Assembly (NCBI GenBank): GCA_965231005.1
Contig: OZ246405.1
Coordinates: 103,204 to 167,203 of the forward strand
Length of the DNA stretch: 64,000 nt
Origin: an uncultured Gammaproteobacteria bacterium
GTDB lineage: Bacteria; Patescibacteriota; Patescibacteriia; Magasanikbacterales; UBA922
Direction of reading: 5' to 3'
Shown here: piece by piece, positions 60,502 through 64,000 of the stretch
Layout of the letters: each line of letters opens with the position of its first letter
Position numbering within the stretch: position 1 is the first letter of the stretch
The notes under the pieces: generated by a model
The model's database searches: none
What the model was told of the DNA's origin: nothing
The model's input: only the letters and a program-made list of their open reading frames with translations
Position numbers and translations under genes: made by a program

Positions 60502-62112
60502 ATGCAAGAAAAGACATCGTATACACACATTGCTAGTTACGAACCAAAAAGCAAGGAGGAAGTGAACAGAGTAGTATTACTCTACTCCGGAGGATTAGAT
60601 ACATCAGTCATGTTAAAGTGGATTCAAGATGTATACAATGCAGAAGTTATTGCCGTATGTGTTGACATTGGTCAACTCGCTGATAATTTAGAAGAAATTA
60701 GACAAAAAGCACTAAAACTTGGAGCTGTAAAATCAATTGTTATCGATGCAAAAGATGAGTTCGCAGAAAAATATATTGCACGAGGAATTAAAGCAAATGC
60801 ATCATACCAAGGTGACTATCATTTAAGTACTCCAATTGGTCGACCACTGCTTGCGAAGATTGCAGTAAAAGTTGCATTTGAGGAAAAAGCAGATACTATT
60901 GCACATGGATGTACTGGAAAAGGAAATGATCAAGTCCGACTAGAAGGAACTGCTGTGACACTGAATCCTGATATAAAAGTTATTGCTCCAGTAAGAGAAT
61001 GGGGCATGGGAAGAGATGAAGAAATCGCATATGCAGAAAAACATGGCATTCCAATTCCTCATTCAAAAAACAAACCATACTCTCACGATGACAATATGTG
61101 GGGTGTGACAAGCGAAGGTGGAGAAATCGAAAATCCTGAATTAATTCCACCACTAAAAAATATTTTAGAAATTTGTAAAACACCCGAAGAAGCACCTGAC
61201 CAAGAAGAGTTAGTAAACATTGAATTTGTAAAAGGACTTCCAAGAGCATTAAATGGAGAACCGATGAAATTGGCTAGTTTGATTATTAAACTCAATGAAA
61301 TAGGAGCAAGACATGGCGTTGGTGTAATTCATCATTTAGAGGATAGAGTTGTTGGTCTAAAAGTGCGAGGAGTATACGAACAGCCAGCAGCACATGCAAT
61401 TATTCGAGCACACAAATCACTCGAAAAATACGTTTGTACTCTACGAGAAAATAAATTCAAAGAAAAAGTAGATCAAGAATGGGCATATCTCTGTTATGGT
61501 GGACTATGGTATGAACCACTTATGAGAGATCTATCTGGATTTATTGATACACTCAATAAAAAAGTAAATGGAACAGTTACATTGCGACTCTACAAAGGAC
61601 GAATTGAAGTAGTTGCACTGAAAACACCAGATGCATTGTTCGATGAGAAACTTGCAACATTTAATAAGAATGACTTGTTCAATCAAAATGCATCACCAGG
61701 ATTTATTGAACTGTGGAGTTTACAAATGAAAATGGCAAAACAGACAAAGAAAAATGTGCTTCTTGCCATTGGTGGGCAAGAAAATAAGGAACGACTCCTT
61801 GAAACGGCAAAAGAATTGGAAAAACTTGGTTGTATTTTATATGCAACTGAACACACCAGTGAATATTTTGAACGAGAAGGGATACGAACGCGACTTGTTC
61901 ACAAAATTTCAACACACGGAAAGCCAAATGTTCACGACCTTCTTGCAGAAAGACGATTTGATCTGATTATTAACATTACTGCACCACATGGGAACTCAAA
62001 AGAAGACCAAGAAGTCATGAGAGCGCTTGCTGTGAAACACAATGTAACATTAATTACCAGTGTTGGTGTAGCAAAACACACGGTTGAACAACTTCAAGAA
62101 ATGCAATCATAA
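60502..62112 (+). CDS. argG: Argininosuccinate synthase fused to a C-terminal MGS-like (methylglyoxal-synthase-like) domain
   Basis: N-terminal roughly 400 aa with LYSGGLDTS PP-loop. C-terminal roughly 130 aa (VLLAIGGQENKERLLETAKELEKLGCILYATEHTSEYFEREGI...) resembles the CarB/PurH MGS-like domain. Confidence 0.75.
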   Translation: MQEKTSYTHIASYEPKSKEEVNRVVLLYSGGLDTSVMLKWIQDVYNAEVIAVCVDIGQLADNLEEIRQKALKLGAVKSIVIDAKDEFAEKYIARGIKANASYQGDYHLSTPIGRPLLAKIAVKVAFEEKADTIAHGCTGKGNDQVRLEGTAVTLNPDIKVIAPVREWGMGRDEEIAYAEKHGIPIPHSKNKPYSHDDNMWGVTSEGGEIENPELIPPLKNILEICKTPEEAPDQEELVNIEFVKGLPRALNGEPMKLASLIIKLNEIGARHGVGVIHHLEDRVVGLKVRGVYEQPAAHAIIRAHKSLEKYVCTLRENKFKEKVDQEWAYLCYGGLWYEPLMRDLSGFIDTLNKKVNGTVTLRLYKGRIEVVALKTPDALFDEKLATFNKNDLFNQNASPGFIELWSLQMKMAKQTKKNVLLAIGGQENKERLLETAKELEKLGCILYATEHTSEYFEREGIRTRLVHKISTHGKPNVHDLLAERRFDLIINITAPHGNSKEDQEVMRALAVKHNVTLITSVGVAKHTVEQLQEMQS

Positions 62113-62114
62113 TT

Positions 62115-63038
62115 ATGGCAGATAACATCAGTTTAAAAACTGAGTGCCTTGGCATTGAATTTGAAAATCCAATTGTTCTTGCATCTGGCATTATTGGTGT
62201 TACTGCTGCAAGTATGCACAATGCCATTCAAAACGGCTGCGGGGGTGTGACAATCAAATCATTGTCAAAAGAGGTGCGTACAGGGCACCCAAACCCTACA
62301 ATGATCGGCACAAAAGACTACATGCTCAATGCTGTTGGTCTTTCTAATCCAGGGATAGAAGAAGGACTAGGTGTTGTTGAAGAATATAAAACAATGACAC
62401 AAGCGCCAATGATAGGAAGTGTGTTTGCTGGCACTGCAGATGAATTTGCGCAGCTTGCTGAAAACATGGCGCAGTCCCCTGTTGATATTATTGAACTAGA
62501 CCTTTCTTGTCCAAATGTTGGTAATGAATTTGGTGATCCATTTGCATACTCAGCAAAAGCAATTGAAACAATCACAACAAAAGTAAAAGAAAAGACGAGC
62601 GTTCCAATTTCAGTGAAACTTTCTCCAAATGCTTGGAATATAGCAGATCTGGCAAAAGCATCTGAAGCTGCAGGCGCAGATATGATAACTGCTGTAAACA
62701 CAGTAAGTGGTATGGCAATAAATGTTCAAGCTCGCAAACCAATCCTTCATAACAGAGTTGGTGGAATTTCTGGACCTGCATTATTTCCAATAGCATTGAA
62801 ATGCGTGTATGATATTTATAAGTCAGTGAAAATTCCAATTATTGGAACAGGTGGAATCACAACAGGAGAAAATGCACTTGCTATGATTATGGCTGGAGCA
62901 ACACTTTTGGGAGTTGGATCTGCTGTTTATTATCGAGGCGAAGATGTATTCAAAAAAATAACAGAAGAAATGACAGAAATAATGCAGAAAGAAAACATTA
63001 ATTCACTTCAGGAAATACGAGGGATAGCCCATCGATAA
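62115..63038 (+). CDS. pyrD: Dihydroorotate dehydrogenase catalytic subunit (class 1B PyrD)
   Basis: 307 aa, FMN-binding TIM-barrel motifs (NPIVLASG.., GGVTIKS, IIGTGGI). Confidence 0.85.
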   Translation: MADNISLKTECLGIEFENPIVLASGIIGVTAASMHNAIQNGCGGVTIKSLSKEVRTGHPNPTMIGTKDYMLNAVGLSNPGIEEGLGVVEEYKTMTQAPMIGSVFAGTADEFAQLAENMAQSPVDIIELDLSCPNVGNEFGDPFAYSAKAIETITTKVKEKTSVPISVKLSPNAWNIADLAKASEAAGADMITAVNTVSGMAINVQARKPILHNRVGGISGPALFPIALKCVYDIYKSVKIPIIGTGGITTGENALAMIMAGATLLGVGSAVYYRGEDVFKKITEEMTEIMQKENINSLQEIRGIAHR

Positions 63039-63054
63039 TTTCATTCAAAGTAAA

Positions 63055-63180
63055 GTAAGATAGAACACACCCGCCCATTTGGCGGGCAGGATTAAAGCAG
63101 ATTTGCCAGGATCTAATCCCTGCCTGCCGGCAGGCAGGTGTGAAAATCCTGGACGATCCTGGTGATCCGCGTACTATCTA
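63055..63180. repeat. GC-rich structured spacer between pyrD and pyrK containing second copy of CCTGCCTGCCGGCAGGCAGG palindrome and nested inverted repeats
   Basis: Palindrome at 63119-63138. CCCGCC cattt GGCGGG hairpin at 63069-63084. GGCAGGATT..AATCCCTGCC arms. Confidence 0.65.
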
Positions 63181-63234
63181 GTCAATCATAGTTTATTTAT
63201 CCAGCATGATTCTCATTTTCACTAATGCAAAAAT

Positions 63235-64000
63235 ATGCCAGATTCCCCAATAATGATTCCAATCGCAGAAATTGTAAAAGAAACAGAACATGTAAATACA
63301 TATTATTTTGATTACCCTCTTGGGAGTGAACCAGGACAATTTGTGATGTTGTGGATTCCTGGCATTGATCAAAAACCATTTTCAATTGGATATGACGATG
63401 GAAAACGATTTGGGCTTACTATTTTTGCTCTTGGCAAATTAACACATGCACTAGCAGAAATGAAAGTTGGAGACCGAGTAGGCATCACTGGACCATACGG
63501 TACAACTTTTCGAGTTGAATCAGACCGACATTATATTATGATCGCTGGTGGATATGGTGCAGCACCACTTGGGTTATTGTCTGAACGATTACAAGAAAAA
63601 AATGTAACTGTTGATTTCTGTGTTGGAGCAAGGGGTGAAGAACATTTGTTATTTGAAGATCGAATGACAAAACTTGATTATGTTACAACGCATGTTTCAA
63701 CAGACAACGGAAGCAAAGGACATCATGGCTATGTTACTGATATACTAAAAAAACTCCTTGAGGGATATAAAGGAAGCGACAAAAATATTCTTGTTGCAAC
63801 ATGTGGACCAGAACTTATGGAAAAGAAAGTGTTAGAGCTTTGTAATGAATACAATGTTGACTGCGATGTAAGTATTGAACGATTTATGAAATGTGGATTT
63901 GGTATTTGCGGCCAATGTTGTGTTGATCCGCTAGGCATTACCATGTGTAAGCAAGGACCAGTTGTCCCTCGTGATTTAGTAAATAAAATAACAGAGTTTG
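63235..64000 (+). CDS. pyrK: Dihydroorotate dehydrogenase electron-transfer subunit PyrK (partial, runs off window end)
   Basis: In-frame translation to the window end without a stop. FAD/NAD-binding (MIAGGYGAAP) and C-terminal 2Fe-2S motif CGFGICGQCC. Confidence 0.8.
   Translation, partial: MPDSPIMIPIAEIVKETEHVNTYYFDYPLGSEPGQFVMLWIPGIDQKPFSIGYDDGKRFGLTIFALGKLTHALAEMKVGDRVGITGPYGTTFRVESDRHYIMIAGGYGAAPLGLLSERLQEKNVTVDFCVGARGEEHLLFEDRMTKLDYVTTHVSTDNGSKGHHGYVTDILKKLLEGYKGSDKNILVATCGPELMEKKVLELCNEYNVDCDVSIERFMKCGFGICGQCCVDPLGITMCKQGPVVPRDLVNKITEF

Overview
AT-rich bacterial chromosomal window of about 35% GC. Gene content looks like a small streamlined, possibly Patescibacteria/CPR-like, genome: many short proteins, lysine/arginine-rich tails on housekeeping enzymes (RNase J, GyrB, L25, DEAD-box helicase) and fused enzymes (Zwf-Gnd, ArgG-MGS-like). 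Core genes present include gyrB, secE-nusG-rplK...rplA, prfA-prmC, rpmE, secG, rplY, trpS, gatB, argG, pyrD-pyrK, a dCMP deaminase-dut-thyA-folA-tmk thymidylate block, RNase J, ftsW/rodA-type, greA, hrpA and a DEAD-box helicase. The AT-rich backbone is interrupted by at least seven short GC-rich (about 50-65% GC) islands, each carrying one to four genes with its own promoter, RBS and terminator. The most unusual items: (1) an island at 12226-13190 encoding four tiny, overlapping, translationally coupled, extremely basic proteins, three carrying a shared YW[IV]C...C...CxxCG zinc-ribbon module. (2) A 30-aa, 8-Cys, apparently leaderless peptide gene with its own terminator inside a palindrome-dense 630-bp intergenic region. 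(3) A GCS2/YbdK-like carboxylate-amine ligase coupled to a 47-aa signal-peptide-bearing peptide. (4) A 65% GC segment (40560-42470) encoding a highly charged 274-aa protein with long structured non-coding flanks. (5) A dispersed repeat family built from 9-10 bp GCCTTTAAAGGC-type palindromes, found at five loci immediately upstream of housekeeping genes; three copies directly abut the -35 of canonical sigma70 promoters. (6) tRNA-Asn followed by a degenerate partial tRNA copy next to a GC-rich transporter island. A Doc/HTH toxin-antitoxin pair with twin operator palindromes and a structured DEAD-box helicase 5'UTR are also present. No rRNA, CRISPR array or transposase was seen.
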